Positions 10,543 to 20,525 of a stretch of 64,000 bases of DNA are shown here, in pieces (positions within the stretch are counted from its first letter, which is position 1; every line of letters starts with the position of its first letter). The stretch spans positions 18,316 through 82,315 of the forward strand of contig CALZTP010000001.1 in NCBI GenBank assembly GCA_945829115.1, written 5' to 3'. Position numbers and translations under genes: made by a program. The notes beneath the pieces are model-generated. The model saw only the letters and a program-made list of their open reading frames with translations, was not told the origin of the DNA and made no database searches. Source of the DNA: an uncultured bacterium. GTDB taxonomy: Bacteria > Bacteroidota > Bacteroidia > Bacteroidales > Bacteroidaceae.

Positions 10543-11775
10543 TTATTGTTGTTTCTTGATAATACTGAAGTTACCGTCAATATCATTGAACATGATAATC
10601 CACGTGCCCTCAGCAACACCGATGTTCTTGCCGCCGCCCTTGCCAGCGCCACAAACATTCACTTCACCGTCAGCAGAACCGAAGCCCCAGTTAACATCCC
10701 AAGAGCCAGGGATCTTGAACTTAATCTGTTCTACAGTGCCTTCTGGAACTGTGAGTTCGTAAGCCCAAACGTGGTTCTCGCCAGCCTTATTTGCAGGAGT
10801 CATGTTAACATCAGTCCAATTGCAGAATGAGCCAGTGATGCAAATCTGGTCGTAAACAGTAGGAGTGATATCGAGAGGAGTGATATCACAAGTATTGTTA
10901 GCTGTATTGATAACAATCTTGTAGTATCCGGCAGGATCTACCCAGATATTTCCCTTATCACCGCCTCCGTCACGGTATTCAGCGGTATTTGCGCTTCCTC
11001 CACTCATGAAGCCATGATCCCAGTCACCGAGATTAGAAGGATTAATTTTGAATCCGTCAGTGCTTAACCAGTTTATGAACTGAATGTCGCCCTCACCAGT
11101 GCTCTTGTCATAGTTATATCCTGGAATGAGGAACATCGGCATTGTGCTGACACCAATAAAATCGTTAGAAGTTTTCCAAGCGCCATCACCGATATTATTA
11201 CCCAGGAGATACCACATGATAGGCTCTGCGTCCTTGAGTTCACGGAAGTAAGGAGCCACCTTTAACTCGATGGAATTTGAAGCCACCTCATTAAGTCTTG
11301 TTGTACCCTCTTTGATGAAAGCGAGCACTCTTACGAAGAGTGTCTGAGAAGCTGGAACTTCCCCTTCTGCCCATTTGAAGATCTTAATGAGTGAGAGGTT
11401 TACGTCACTCGCAATCATTTCTCCAGAGCAAGTCTGGAAAGTATTTGGAATGACGTCATAGTCAGCAATTGTAGCTCCACTCTCGTCAGCATTTGCCTGT
11501 GCCACAGAGGTTGTGAAACTATTTGTTGGAGAAATTTGAATCTCGTATGTTGCGTTTATAGGAGCGTTATCAGTTGTATACTTTGGCTGTGACCATGTTA
11601 AGTTCAGAGTGGAAGAGTTCTGAAGGTCAACAGTCTGATTAACGTATGCAGGAACGTTGAGAGTCATTTCCTTAGGCTGTATGAGCGTAGGATTAGAGTC
11701 TCTATCGTCTTCACACGATGTGAAAAAGCCGGCAGCACTAACAAGGAGAGTGCCAAGCAATAATGCTTTCTTCAT
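10543..11775 (-). CDS. susE: SusE-like surface glycan-binding lipoprotein
   Basis: Lipobox FTSC-EDDRD; SusE-type N-terminal Ig domain (LNLTWSQP); C-terminal IKFKIPGSWDVNWG. Confidence 0.8.
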   Translation of the reverse strand: MKKALLLGTLLVSAAGFFTSCEDDRDSNPTLIQPKEMTLNVPAYVNQTVDLQNSSTLNLTWSQPKYTTDNAPINATYEIQISPTNSFTTSVAQANADESGATIADYDVIPNTFQTCSGEMIASDVNLSLIKIFKWAEGEVPASQTLFVRVLAFIKEGTTRLNEVASNSIELKVAPYFRELKDAEPIMWYLLGNNIGDGAWKTSNDFIGVSTMPMFLIPGYNYDKSTGEGDIQFINWLSTDGFKINPSNLGDWDHGFMSGGSANTAEYRDGGGDKGNIWVDPAGYYKIVINTANNTCDITPLDITPTVYDQICITGSFCNWTDVNMTPANKAGENHVWAYELTVPEGTVEQIKFKIPGSWDVNWGFGSADGEVNVCGAGKGGGKNIGVAEGTWIIMFNDIDGNFSIIKKQQ

Positions 11776-11808
11776 ATTGCGTATCTTGTTTTTCGATTAG
11801 TTAAAAAA

Positions 11809-13545
11809 TTATTCATTGTAACCATCAATCTGGGTAAGGTTTCTGTTAGCCTGTACCTCACTTGCTGGCAATGGATAAACATTTCTGAATGCCTCGAAGC
11901 GTCCTCCGGCAACATATTCGCCACCAGACATTGTGCCGCCCTTTCCTGCCCAAGAGTAAGTAGCCTGATTGCCACCGAACTGGTTGAAGCGAATAAGGTC
12001 TGTACGACGGAAGCCCTCAGTATAGAACTCACGTGCACGCTCATCGAGAATATCGTTAAGAGTATATGCCGACTTTTCAGCTGCATTTGCTCTCTTGCGC
12101 AGAGCATCGATATAGTTCTTTGCAGTAGCAGAGCCCTCGCCATTAAGGTGCATATCAGCCTCAGCAGCATTGAGATAAGCCTCAGCGACACGCATGAGGA
12201 AGAAGTCTGTATCAACGTTGTAGCCATCGTGAGGAGTACCACCGTTAGAGTAATTGTTGTTCCACTTTACAGTAGCGAGACCCTGTACGAAACCAGTATT
12301 GTCCTTAAGGCTTACAGTACGCTTGTCAGAGCCACTTACAGCACCCCAGATAAGGCAGCGGTCGTCGATACCCATGTCGCGAATTTCCTTTGCTGTTTTG
12401 CCTTCGAAAGACTTTGGATTGTTTGTGAACTTCTCGATGAACTCTGGACGGAGACGCATACCCGACCAGTTGTTTCCTGTTGTACCAGGAGAGAGGTCAG
12501 TAACGGTCTTCATTGTAGGGTCATAAAGAGCCGCAATCATAAAGAGTGAGCCGCCCCATCCCTGTGTTTTTATACCATCCTGCAAGAGAGGTAGGATAGC
12601 CTCACAGCTTGCTCCGTTAGATCCATTGTCTCCCATGAAGAGGAGGTCGTAAGGGCGATATCCGTTCATCTTCGCTTCCTGAGACATCTTGTCGGCAGTG
12701 AAGAGAGAATAGTTTGAGTTGATAACTCTTTCAGCATATTCCTTTGCCTTGTCCCAATGAGGGTTATTCTGTCCGTCGCCATTGAGGTAAGTACCTGCAT
12801 TGAGGTAGAGACGGCTGAGGAGCATCCAAACGGCAGCCTTGTCGGCACGACCATAGTTAGGGTCAGAGTCATTCTTTGCCTGAGGGTCGAGCATGTCAGC
12901 CTCAGCAGTAGTGAGTTCGTTTACAAGCCAGTTGAACATAAACTCCCTACCAAGTTTCAGAAGCTCAGCACGTGTGTACTGCTTTCCCTCTTCGAAATTC
13001 GCATTGTAGGCATGAGCCTGCTTAGGACTTTCAGAAGAGATTGCCTCGGTGAAAGTAGGATCTCCGAAGAAATCAAGCATGAGGAAATAGTTGTATGCAC
13101 GAATGAAGCGCACCTCTGCAAGCATTGTCTTGTCTTCTGCAACTTTCAGGAAGTTATTACAGAAAGCGATGTTTGAAGTCAGACGATAATAGAGGAAACG
13201 AAGAGTTGCATTGCTTGGAGAAACAAGGTTAAGACTTATTTCCTCAGCGATACCACCATCAGACCACCAACAGATACCCTCATCGGTAGAGAGCTCATTA
13301 AAGTTATATACGTTGCGAATGAGAGTTGACTTACCTGCATCGTCAATAGTGAAGTCTGCATTACCATCGTTACCCTCCATGATGAAGCTCGCATAGCACT
13401 TGCTGTACAAGCCGATGACGTCTGGCTTGCTTTCTGCCTTAGGGTTGATGTTTCCGTCATCAAGGTCGCCCATACAAGAGCTAACACCTGAAGCAAGCAG
13501 TAACGCCATGGCAGGAACCATTATTTTTATCTTGTTTATTTTCAT
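11809..13545 (-). CDS. susD: SusD/RagB family lipoprotein, starch-type
   Basis: Lipobox VSSC; EVRFIRAYNY, RVAEAYLN, ERAREFYTEGFRRTDLIRF motifs. Confidence 0.95.
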   Translation of the reverse strand: MKINKIKIMVPAMALLLASGVSSCMGDLDDGNINPKAESKPDVIGLYSKCYASFIMEGNDGNADFTIDDAGKSTLIRNVYNFNELSTDEGICWWSDGGIAEEISLNLVSPSNATLRFLYYRLTSNIAFCNNFLKVAEDKTMLAEVRFIRAYNYFLMLDFFGDPTFTEAISSESPKQAHAYNANFEEGKQYTRAELLKLGREFMFNWLVNELTTAEADMLDPQAKNDSDPNYGRADKAAVWMLLSRLYLNAGTYLNGDGQNNPHWDKAKEYAERVINSNYSLFTADKMSQEAKMNGYRPYDLLFMGDNGSNGASCEAILPLLQDGIKTQGWGGSLFMIAALYDPTMKTVTDLSPGTTGNNWSGMRLRPEFIEKFTNNPKSFEGKTAKEIRDMGIDDRCLIWGAVSGSDKRTVSLKDNTGFVQGLATVKWNNNYSNGGTPHDGYNVDTDFFLMRVAEAYLNAAEADMHLNGEGSATAKNYIDALRKRANAAEKSAYTLNDILDERAREFYTEGFRRTDLIRFNQFGGNQATYSWAGKGGTMSGGEYVAGGRFEAFRNVYPLPASEVQANRNLTQIDGYNE

Positions 13546-13572
13546 GACTGTATTCTTTTATTTAAAATATGG

Positions 13573-16500
13573 TTAGAAATTGAGGTTCAGACCGAAGAGG
13601 AAGGTACGGCAACGAGGATATACGCTACTCTCGCGTCCAGAAGGCTGCTCAGGGTCAAGACCATTGTATTTTGTGAGAGTGAAGACGTTTGTGCAAGAAG
13701 CGTAAAGACGTCCGCTGATACCCTCATACTTTCCTGCCTTGAAAAGATTCTCGAAAGAATAACCGAGTGTGATATTGTCGCACTTGAGGAAGGAAGCGTT
13801 CTGCACGAAGTAGTCGGTAAGTGGATAGTTGTAAGAAGTCCATCCGTTCTTAACGATATCCTTAGTACTGTTCTCGTAGTAGCCCTTAGGGTTATAGAGC
13901 ACAGAAGTGTTCATCTTTCCCTGCTCAATATCGTTGTATACATAGTTTCCGAAGCTTGCGCGGAAGTTTGTACCGAGGTCGAAGTTCTTGTATCCGAGTT
14001 TAAGGCTGAAGCCACCTGTCCAAGGAGCCGCGATGTTCTTGTAGAAGTAACGGTCGTTGTCGTCGATTATGCCGTCAGCATTGCGGTCAACATAGCATCC
14101 CATTATAGGTCTTCCTGCCTCATCGTAAACCTGCTGGTAAACGAAGAAAGAGTTAGCAGGTTCTCCCACCTTGTGGTAGGTAAGGTTCATGTTCTGACCA
14201 ACCTGCATACCAGCCTCGATTTTGTCGCGACCGCCGTAGAGTTCAGTAACCTTATTCTTATTGTAAGCAACGTTTACGCCCATTTCAAAGAACCAGTCGT
14301 TTGTCTGGATAATCTTTCCATTGATAGCGAATTCAACACCTGTATTCTCCAACTCACCAGCATTGAGCATCATTACGTTATCGAAGTTCATACCAGCTGG
14401 AATTGTAGGAGTGCAGAGAAGGTCGGTTGTCTTACGCTTGTAAACATCAAGAGCCATAGTGAGGCGCTGGTTCCACATACCGAAGTCAAGACCGAGGTTG
14501 TAGGTTGTTGTTGTCTCCCAAGTAAGGTCTTCATTGTAAACGAGAGGGCGCCAGAGAGTACCATCGTTGTTAGGACCTACAGGATAAGTGAAGTGGGTGT
14601 TTGTGCTGTATACGTAAGTAGGAGTATAGTACTCTCTACCAGTATCCTGCTGACCAGTCTGACCCCAACCGAGACGGAGCTTAAAGTCACTGATTGCCTT
14701 TACGTTCTTGAGGAAAGCCTCTTCGTTAATCTTCCAAGCGAGAGCAGCAGAAGGGAAGAATCCCCAGCGATGGCCGTCAGCGAAACGAGAAGAGCCGTCG
14801 TAACGAGCTGTTACAGTAAGGAGATAACGGTTGAGCAGAGTATAGTTAGCACGACCGAGCCAGCTGACGAGGACTGTCTGACCTTTCCAGAAGTCTGTAT
14901 CGTGGCTCTTCATGGTTCCTGCGAGAGGATTTCCTGCATCGTCTTTTCCTTCATAAGTAGAAGGATAGAGAGTCTTTGACCAGCTATCACCCCAGTATCT
15001 CATGCGGCTATACTCATAACCAGCCATTATGTCGAAGTGGTTATCTTTATTAAAGTCCTTGATATACTGAGCGTAAGCAGTAGCCTGCACGTTGTATCTC
15101 TTCTCAGTGTTCTCGCTTTCACCACCATAGTAGAATCCGTATGTTGACTGAGGATTGTTTGTGTTATACTCACCACCGAAAGAATAGTCGCCAGCGAGAT
15201 TCAAGTGGAGGTGAAGGTCCTCAAAACCGTGAATCTTATAGTCAGCCTCAAAGTTACCAAGGAGAATGTGAGCGCTTCTGTCAAATCCGTAGTGTTCAAC
15301 GAGTTCCACAGGGTTCTTTGGAGAGTCGTCGTTACGTCCGTAAGGGAATGTAGGGTCGTACTCGCTAACAGGCTTTGTCCACTGCCAGTATCCACCCCAA
15401 TTCTTGTACATCTCATCGTTGCTTGTGATAGGGCGAGTAGGGTCCATTCTTGTAGCCATACTGATAGCCTCCTGACCACCAGGCACTGTCTTAGAGTAAG
15501 AATACTTACCGTTGATGTTCATGGTGAGATGGTCTTTGAAGAGAGAAGGGTTCACAGTGAAGCCCGCTGTGAGACGGTTGTAGTCAGAGCCCTTGAGGAT
15601 ACCTTGCTGACTTGTGTAGCCAACACTGAGACGGTAAGGCATAGACCATGAAGTGTTTCCGAGTCCTCCAGCAACACTTACGTTATGGTCGTGACTGATG
15701 CCACCACGGAAAATCTCGTCCTGCCAGTCAGTGTCATAAGTGCCAGCAGCAACATTTGGAGTGCCGTCCTCATTGAACTCCTTCCATCCGAGTCCGTTCC
15801 ATGCACTTGAGCCCTCTCCATAATAGTCTTTTATGAAAGAGACATATTCGCTTGCATTCATCACGTCAAGCTTCTTAGCCACTGTGCTGACAGAAAGGTT
15901 TCCGTTGTATGAAATCTTTGGAGCCTGATTCCTGCGACCACGCTTTGTTGTGATGATGATGACACCATTAGAACCACGGCTACCATAAATAGCTGTGGCA
16001 GAAGCGTCCTTGAGTACTGTGAAACTCTCTATATCGTTAGGGTTTACAAGAGCGAGAGGGTTGCTAACACCTTTCTTTCCGCCAGACATCTGCATACCGT
16101 CAATAACGATGAGAGGGTCGTTGCTGGCATTGAGAGAAGCACCACCACGAATACGAATCTGTGCTCCACCGCCAGGTTCACCAGTAGAAGAGTTGATATT
16201 TACACCAGCCACCTTACCCTGAAGCATATCCTGAGCAGAGGTAACCATACCACGGTTCTTCTCGTCTGGCTTGATAGCGGTTACAGAACCAGTAAGGTCG
16301 TTCTTCTTTGCTACACCGTAACCGATTACAACTACGTTTTCGAGCATCTGAGCATCGTCTTTCAGCACAACAACGAGTTCTGGCTTTGCCTGAACCGTTA
16401 CTGTCTGATAGCCGACAGAGGAAATTTGGAGGGAAGCACCCTCAGCACATGTAATCACAAACTTACCGTCAAAGTCTGTAACCGTACCACCGTCTTGTCC

Positions 16501-16653
16501 AACAACGCGGACCGTAGCACCAATAACTCCTTCGCCGGTAGCATCTTTCACGAGGCCATTGACAGTGATCTGTGCAAAAGCTCCGAGAGAAAGCATGAGT
16601 CCAAACAGGAGCATTATAGCTCGCTGCGGGATTGTAAGAAATACCTGCTTCAT
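13573..16653 (-). CDS. susC: SusC/RagA TonB-dependent transporter
   Basis: VVVIGYG, DLTGSV, DIESFTVLKDASATAIYGSRGSNGVIIITTK plug motifs; C-terminal LNLNF. Confidence 0.97.
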   Translation of the reverse strand: MKQVFLTIPQRAIMLLFGLMLSLGAFAQITVNGLVKDATGEGVIGATVRVVGQDGGTVTDFDGKFVITCAEGASLQISSVGYQTVTVQAKPELVVVLKDDAQMLENVVVIGYGVAKKNDLTGSVTAIKPDEKNRGMVTSAQDMLQGKVAGVNINSSTGEPGGGAQIRIRGGASLNASNDPLIVIDGMQMSGGKKGVSNPLALVNPNDIESFTVLKDASATAIYGSRGSNGVIIITTKRGRRNQAPKISYNGNLSVSTVAKKLDVMNASEYVSFIKDYYGEGSSAWNGLGWKEFNEDGTPNVAAGTYDTDWQDEIFRGGISHDHNVSVAGGLGNTSWSMPYRLSVGYTSQQGILKGSDYNRLTAGFTVNPSLFKDHLTMNINGKYSYSKTVPGGQEAISMATRMDPTRPITSNDEMYKNWGGYWQWTKPVSEYDPTFPYGRNDDSPKNPVELVEHYGFDRSAHILLGNFEADYKIHGFEDLHLHLNLAGDYSFGGEYNTNNPQSTYGFYYGGESENTEKRYNVQATAYAQYIKDFNKDNHFDIMAGYEYSRMRYWGDSWSKTLYPSTYEGKDDAGNPLAGTMKSHDTDFWKGQTVLVSWLGRANYTLLNRYLLTVTARYDGSSRFADGHRWGFFPSAALAWKINEEAFLKNVKAISDFKLRLGWGQTGQQDTGREYYTPTYVYSTNTHFTYPVGPNNDGTLWRPLVYNEDLTWETTTTYNLGLDFGMWNQRLTMALDVYKRKTTDLLCTPTIPAGMNFDNVMMLNAGELENTGVEFAINGKIIQTNDWFFEMGVNVAYNKNKVTELYGGRDKIEAGMQVGQNMNLTYHKVGEPANSFFVYQQVYDEAGRPIMGCYVDRNADGIIDDNDRYFYKNIAAPWTGGFSLKLGYKNFDLGTNFRASFGNYVYNDIEQGKMNTSVLYNPKGYYENSTKDIVKNGWTSYNYPLTDYFVQNASFLKCDNITLGYSFENLFKAGKYEGISGRLYASCTNVFTLTKYNGLDPEQPSGRESSVYPRCRTFLFGLNLNF

Positions 16654-16775
16654 TAGAATTTTGTTAAGTTTAGTTATATAATTAATTAAAAAATTTTATC
16701 CGAATAGCATACATTTCCTTTCACTTTGTTAGTCAGCAGAACTCAAGGTATCTGTATGAATTCTGAATTCTTCTG

Positions 16776-16783
16776 CAAAGGTA
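16776..16783 (-). promoter_or_regulatory. -7 element of the susC promoter
   Basis: TACCTTTG on the minus strand upstream of susC. Confidence 0.65.
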
Positions 16784-16838
16784 CTTCGTTTATTAATAAC
16801 ACGGTAACAAAATGCAAGAAAAAGTTATATTTCGCAAA

Positions 16839-16852
16839 TGCAAACGTTTTCA
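16839..16852. promoter_or_regulatory. LacI-family operator
   Basis: Near-palindrome TGCAAACGTTTTCA with central CG, between the divergent susC and LacI promoters. Confidence 0.65.
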
Positions 16853-16905
16853 TAAGACATACATTATTAATAAACAAATTAGTTGGATATTTCATAAAAC
16901 TTATG

Positions 16906-16913
16906 TAACTTTG
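16906..16913 (+). promoter_or_regulatory. -7 element of the LacI-regulator promoter
   Basis: TAACTTTG. Confidence 0.6.
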
Positions 16914-16955
16914 CACCCGAAAAGAAGAAGACAGAGAAAAACAAGTTTCAGACAA

Positions 16956-17043
16956 CGCTTCTTAACCGTTTGTTAGACGCTTGTTAACCGTTTGTTAGAC
17001 GCTTCTTAGACGCTTCTTAGACGCTTCTTAACTGTTTATTAGT
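16956..17043. repeat. 8 x 11-bp tandem array (CGCTTCTTAGA and variants)
   Basis: Units start every 11 bp from 16956 to 17033. Confidence 0.9.
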
Positions 17044-17113
17044 CTTCCGTTCGCCTACCGCTTACCTACTAAAGCTATTTTTCACAATAATATATACTGT
17101 CACTTTAGCATTT

Positions 17114-18139
17114 ATGAATGATCACAAAGTCCTCACAATGAAGGATATCGCCAAGGAATTAGGCATCTCTATTGCTACAGTCTCCAGAGCCTTAAGCAAT
17201 TCGAGTATCATCTCACGAGAAAAACGAGAGATGATACAGCGCTATGCCCAGGAGCATAATTTCACTCCGAATATCATCGCCAAGGACCTTCGTAACACGA
17301 AAATTAAGCCAAAGAAGATTATTGCAATAATACTTCCCGAGGTGGTGCATTATTATTTCGCCACTGTTCTTGATGGAGTGGAAGAAGAGGCGAGAAGGCG
17401 CGGTTATAAAGTCTTCGTTGGACAGAGTCATGAGTGCTATGAGGAGGAGGTGGAACTATGTCGTTCGTTTGACGAGATTCGTGTCTCAGGAATCATCGTG
17501 TCATTAGCAAAAGACACAAAGAACTACGACCATTTCCTTGAACTTCAGAAGAAAGGAATCCCTTTGGTTTTCTACGACCGCATCTGTCATGGAATAAACG
17601 CCTCCAGAGTTGTAGTAGATGACTACAATGGCGCATTCAATGCTGTGGAGTATCTAGTAAAGACTGGCTGCAAGCGCATCGCCTTCTATGGCTCACCAAT
17701 GCACATGGAGATTTCAAAAAACCGATTTAATGGTTACAAGGATGCTCTTCTGAAATATGGCCTGAAGTATGATAGCAACCTCACACGCATTTGCGACAAC
17801 CGCGAAGATGCAGAGAAAATCACTCCAGAACTTCTTGCTTTAGAAGAGCGCCCAGATGCTTTCTTTGCCATCAACGACGACACTGCCATTGGCATTCTTC
17901 GGGCAGTTAAGAAAAAGGGGCTGAAAGTGCCGAAAGACATTTCAATATTCGGATTCTCAGACGGTTTCCGCTCACGTGCCTCAGACCCTCAGCTAACATC
18001 TGTGAACCAACGTGGTCAGGAGGTAGGGCGTGAGGCGGCAGACATTCTTATAAAAGAAATAGAGGGAATTCTTCCTGCCGAAAAGGTGAATAAGAGAATT
18101 GTGATGACAAAGCTTGTTATCAGAGAAACAACGAAGTAA
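17114..18139 (+). CDS. LacI-family transcriptional regulator of the PUL
   Basis: HTH TMKDIAKELGISIATVSRAL; periplasmic-binding-protein-like effector domain; divergent from susC. Confidence 0.95.
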   Translation: MNDHKVLTMKDIAKELGISIATVSRALSNSSIISREKREMIQRYAQEHNFTPNIIAKDLRNTKIKPKKIIAIILPEVVHYYFATVLDGVEEEARRRGYKVFVGQSHECYEEEVELCRSFDEIRVSGIIVSLAKDTKNYDHFLELQKKGIPLVFYDRICHGINASRVVVDDYNGAFNAVEYLVKTGCKRIAFYGSPMHMEISKNRFNGYKDALLKYGLKYDSNLTRICDNREDAEKITPELLALEERPDAFFAINDDTAIGILRAVKKKGLKVPKDISIFGFSDGFRSRASDPQLTSVNQRGQEVGREAADILIKEIEGILPAEKVNKRIVMTKLVIRETTK

Positions 18140-18153
18140 GACATTAGTTACTT

Positions 18154-18219
18154 AAGGCAAAGACCTTTATGATTTTTGGCAAAGATCTTTATGATTTAAG
18201 GCAAAGGCTTTTATAATAA
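18154..18219. repeat. 3 x 22-bp imperfect tandem repeat (AAGGCAAAGACCTTTATGATTT)
   Basis: GGCAAAG at 18156, 18178 and 18200. Confidence 0.8.
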
Positions 18220-18260
18220 CAAAGAGAATAAAAAAATATTTTTTTACCATTTAAAGAAAA

Positions 18261-19628
18261 ATGAAACAAAAACCTAACATGAGTTTCTGGGGACTCTGGA
18301 ACCTCAGCTTCGGATTCTTCGGCGTGCAGATTGCATATGCCCTTCAGTCAGCGAATATCTCAAGAATATTCTCTACATTAGGTGCTGACCCCCACTCGCT
18401 TTCCTTCTTCTGGGTGCTCCCTCCACTGATGGGAATTATTGTACAACCACTTGTAGGAAAATATTCCGACCGCACATGGTGTCGCTGGGGTCGCAGAATT
18501 CCATACCTTTTCCTTGGTGCGGCAGTAGCAGTTGCCGTGATGTGTCTTTTGCCAAATGCAGGTTCTTTGCATCTCGACAACACCACCCTTATCTGGGGCA
18601 CGATGACAGCCGTGATGCTCTTCGGACTTATCATGCTCATGCTTCTCGATACTTCCATCAATATGGCTATGCAGCCGTTTAAGATGCTTGTTGGCGACAT
18701 GGTTAACGAGGAGCAGAAGAAAAAGGCGTATTCCATTCAGTCTTTCCTGTGCAATGCAGGTAGTGTGGTGGGCTATGTCTTTCCTTTCCTCTTCACATGG
18801 ATAGGCATAAAGAACACAGCTCCAGAGGGTGTTGTTCCAGACTCTGTGATATACTCATTCTATATTGGTGCGGCAATTCTCATTCTCTGTGTGATTTACA
18901 CCACAATAAAGGTAAAAGAGTGGAATCCAAAGGATTACAATGAATACAACCATGTAGAAGAACCAACAGGAGAGAAGGCAGATGAACCAGGAATGCTCAC
19001 TCTCCTTGTGAAAGCGCCATCAGCATTCTGGACAATCGGAATAGTGCAGTTCTTCTGCTGGGCAGCCTTCCTCTTCATGTGGACATATACAAACGGCACT
19101 GTGGCAGCAAATGCTTTCGACACACCTATTCTCAACGGTGAGCTGGACGTGAAGTCGCAGGCATATCAGGCAGCAAGCAACTGGGTGGGAATTCTCTTCG
19201 CTGTTCAGGCAATCGGCTCTGTTCTGTGGGCAACTGTAATCCCAAACATCAAGAGCACAAAGTTAGGATACACCATCAGTCTCATTCTTGGAGGAATAGG
19301 ATTTATCTCCATGGCATTTGTAACCGATCAGCACTTACTTTTCGTATCTTTTCTCCTTATCGGCTGCGGTTGGGCTGCTATGCTTGCATATCCGTTCACT
19401 CTCCTCACAAACGCACTTGAGGGTCGTGGGCACATGGGCACTTATCTCGGACTCTTTAACGGCACCATCTGCCTTCCTCAGATCATTGCTGCTTTGTTAG
19501 GTGGCGTGATTCTCTCTGCTCTACCTCTTGCCGAGAACGGCACTTCTAACCAGCCGTTTATGATGGTTGTGGCAGGTATCTTCCTTCTCATAGGCTCTGT
19601 TTGTGTGGTGTTTATAAAGGAGAAATAA
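18261..19628 (+). CDS. MFS sugar transporter (maltose/sucrose, SLC45-like)
   Basis: SFGFFGVQIAYALQ, QPLVGKYSDRT...WGRRIPY, about 12 hydrophobic segments. Confidence 0.9.
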   Translation: MKQKPNMSFWGLWNLSFGFFGVQIAYALQSANISRIFSTLGADPHSLSFFWVLPPLMGIIVQPLVGKYSDRTWCRWGRRIPYLFLGAAVAVAVMCLLPNAGSLHLDNTTLIWGTMTAVMLFGLIMLMLLDTSINMAMQPFKMLVGDMVNEEQKKKAYSIQSFLCNAGSVVGYVFPFLFTWIGIKNTAPEGVVPDSVIYSFYIGAAILILCVIYTTIKVKEWNPKDYNEYNHVEEPTGEKADEPGMLTLLVKAPSAFWTIGIVQFFCWAAFLFMWTYTNGTVAANAFDTPILNGELDVKSQAYQAASNWVGILFAVQAIGSVLWATVIPNIKSTKLGYTISLILGGIGFISMAFVTDQHLLFVSFLLIGCGWAAMLAYPFTLLTNALEGRGHMGTYLGLFNGTICLPQIIAALLGGVILSALPLAENGTSNQPFMMVVAGIFLLIGSVCVVFIKEK

Positions 19629-19763
19629 AGAGAGGTTCAGGAAAAAGTTGTAAGCAAATTTGTTGTTAGTTGAACTCGTTTTCTCACACAATGCTCACGT
19701 ACTTTTATGCTATTTGTTCCTTATATGCTGGTTATATATTTCTCATATCATTTTCTGATAAAA

Positions 19764-19818
19764 TATATGACTCACATATACTCAGCATATACTCAGCTTA
19801 TGACCAGCATACTATGAA
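19764..19818. repeat. Degenerate 11-bp tandem array (CATATACTCAG)
   Basis: Two exact units at 19775 and 19786 plus degenerate flanking units; partial inverted copy at 19722-19736. Confidence 0.65.
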
Positions 19819-19988
19819 CACATGCGGAAGGAAATGCAAGAGGAATTTGACTTCTCAGCATTGCACAACACAGAAGTCTCTACGATGGCATTTAGCCATA
19901 ACAAGTGTCTCTGATGTACGAGTATCTTAAAGTGAATTAAAACAATAAGGTGGGCTTCTATTAATTCCCACCATAAAGGAGAAAGAAT

Positions 19989-20225
19989 ATGTCAAAGGTA
20001 ATAGAAATCATAAAATGCGACAACAGATTTGTGGCGCAGAAAATTAGCGAGATGTTCAATGCAGTGGACATCCCGCATATTGTGATTGATGAAGAGAATC
20101 TCGGAATTGCTATGGGCGCATGCCCTATTCCGGGATGGAGAATCCGCATCAACGAGGAAGACAAGGAAAGGGCAGAGGAAATTGTCAAGAAGGTTCTTGA
20201 GGAAGAGGGTGGAGAAGAACTCTGA
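19989..20225 (+). CDS. Small DUF2007-like (putative signal-transducing) protein
   Basis: 78 aa; A..I..M......IPH.VIDE...G....RIRINEEDKERA pattern. Confidence 0.7.
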   Translation: MSKVIEIIKCDNRFVAQKISEMFNAVDIPHIVIDEENLGIAMGACPIPGWRIRINEEDKERAEEIVKKVLEEEGGEEL

Positions 20226-20425
20226 CACCCTCTCTTGATAGAAAGAAGACAAGGAAAACCTCTGACACCTCCCCTTGAAGAGAGCATACTTGTCAGAATG
20301 GGCCATGAGCTAAAAATCTCATTTTTTCTTCTTCAAAATGCCTTTTCTATACTACAAATCCTTAAAAAACAATAATAAACGGCTTATTCTACACATATTA
20401 CATAGATAAGTTGAGAAATTTTTAT

Positions 20426-20433
20426 TATATTTG
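20426..20433 (+). promoter_or_regulatory. -7 element upstream of pnp
   Basis: TATATTTG. Confidence 0.55.
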
Positions 20434-20525
20434 CATGATTTTAATTCAAGATGTAATATTCAAGGGTTAAAAGAAAGGTAATGTAAGCCTATTCATAACC
20501 CTTTTTAGATGCTTAAAAAAAAGAA

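Noticed and set aside
14173-14979. 268-aa plus-strand ORF and other ORFs antisense to susC/susD
   Set aside because: Fully nested opposite well-supported genes, with no domain signal
16653-17114. Invertible (phase-variable) promoter for susC
   Set aside because: No pair of long inverted repeats brackets the promoter, and there is no recombinase in the window
20221-20280. Short direct repeat CTCTGACACC...CTTGA occurring twice
   Set aside because: Two short imperfect copies only, with no function inferable
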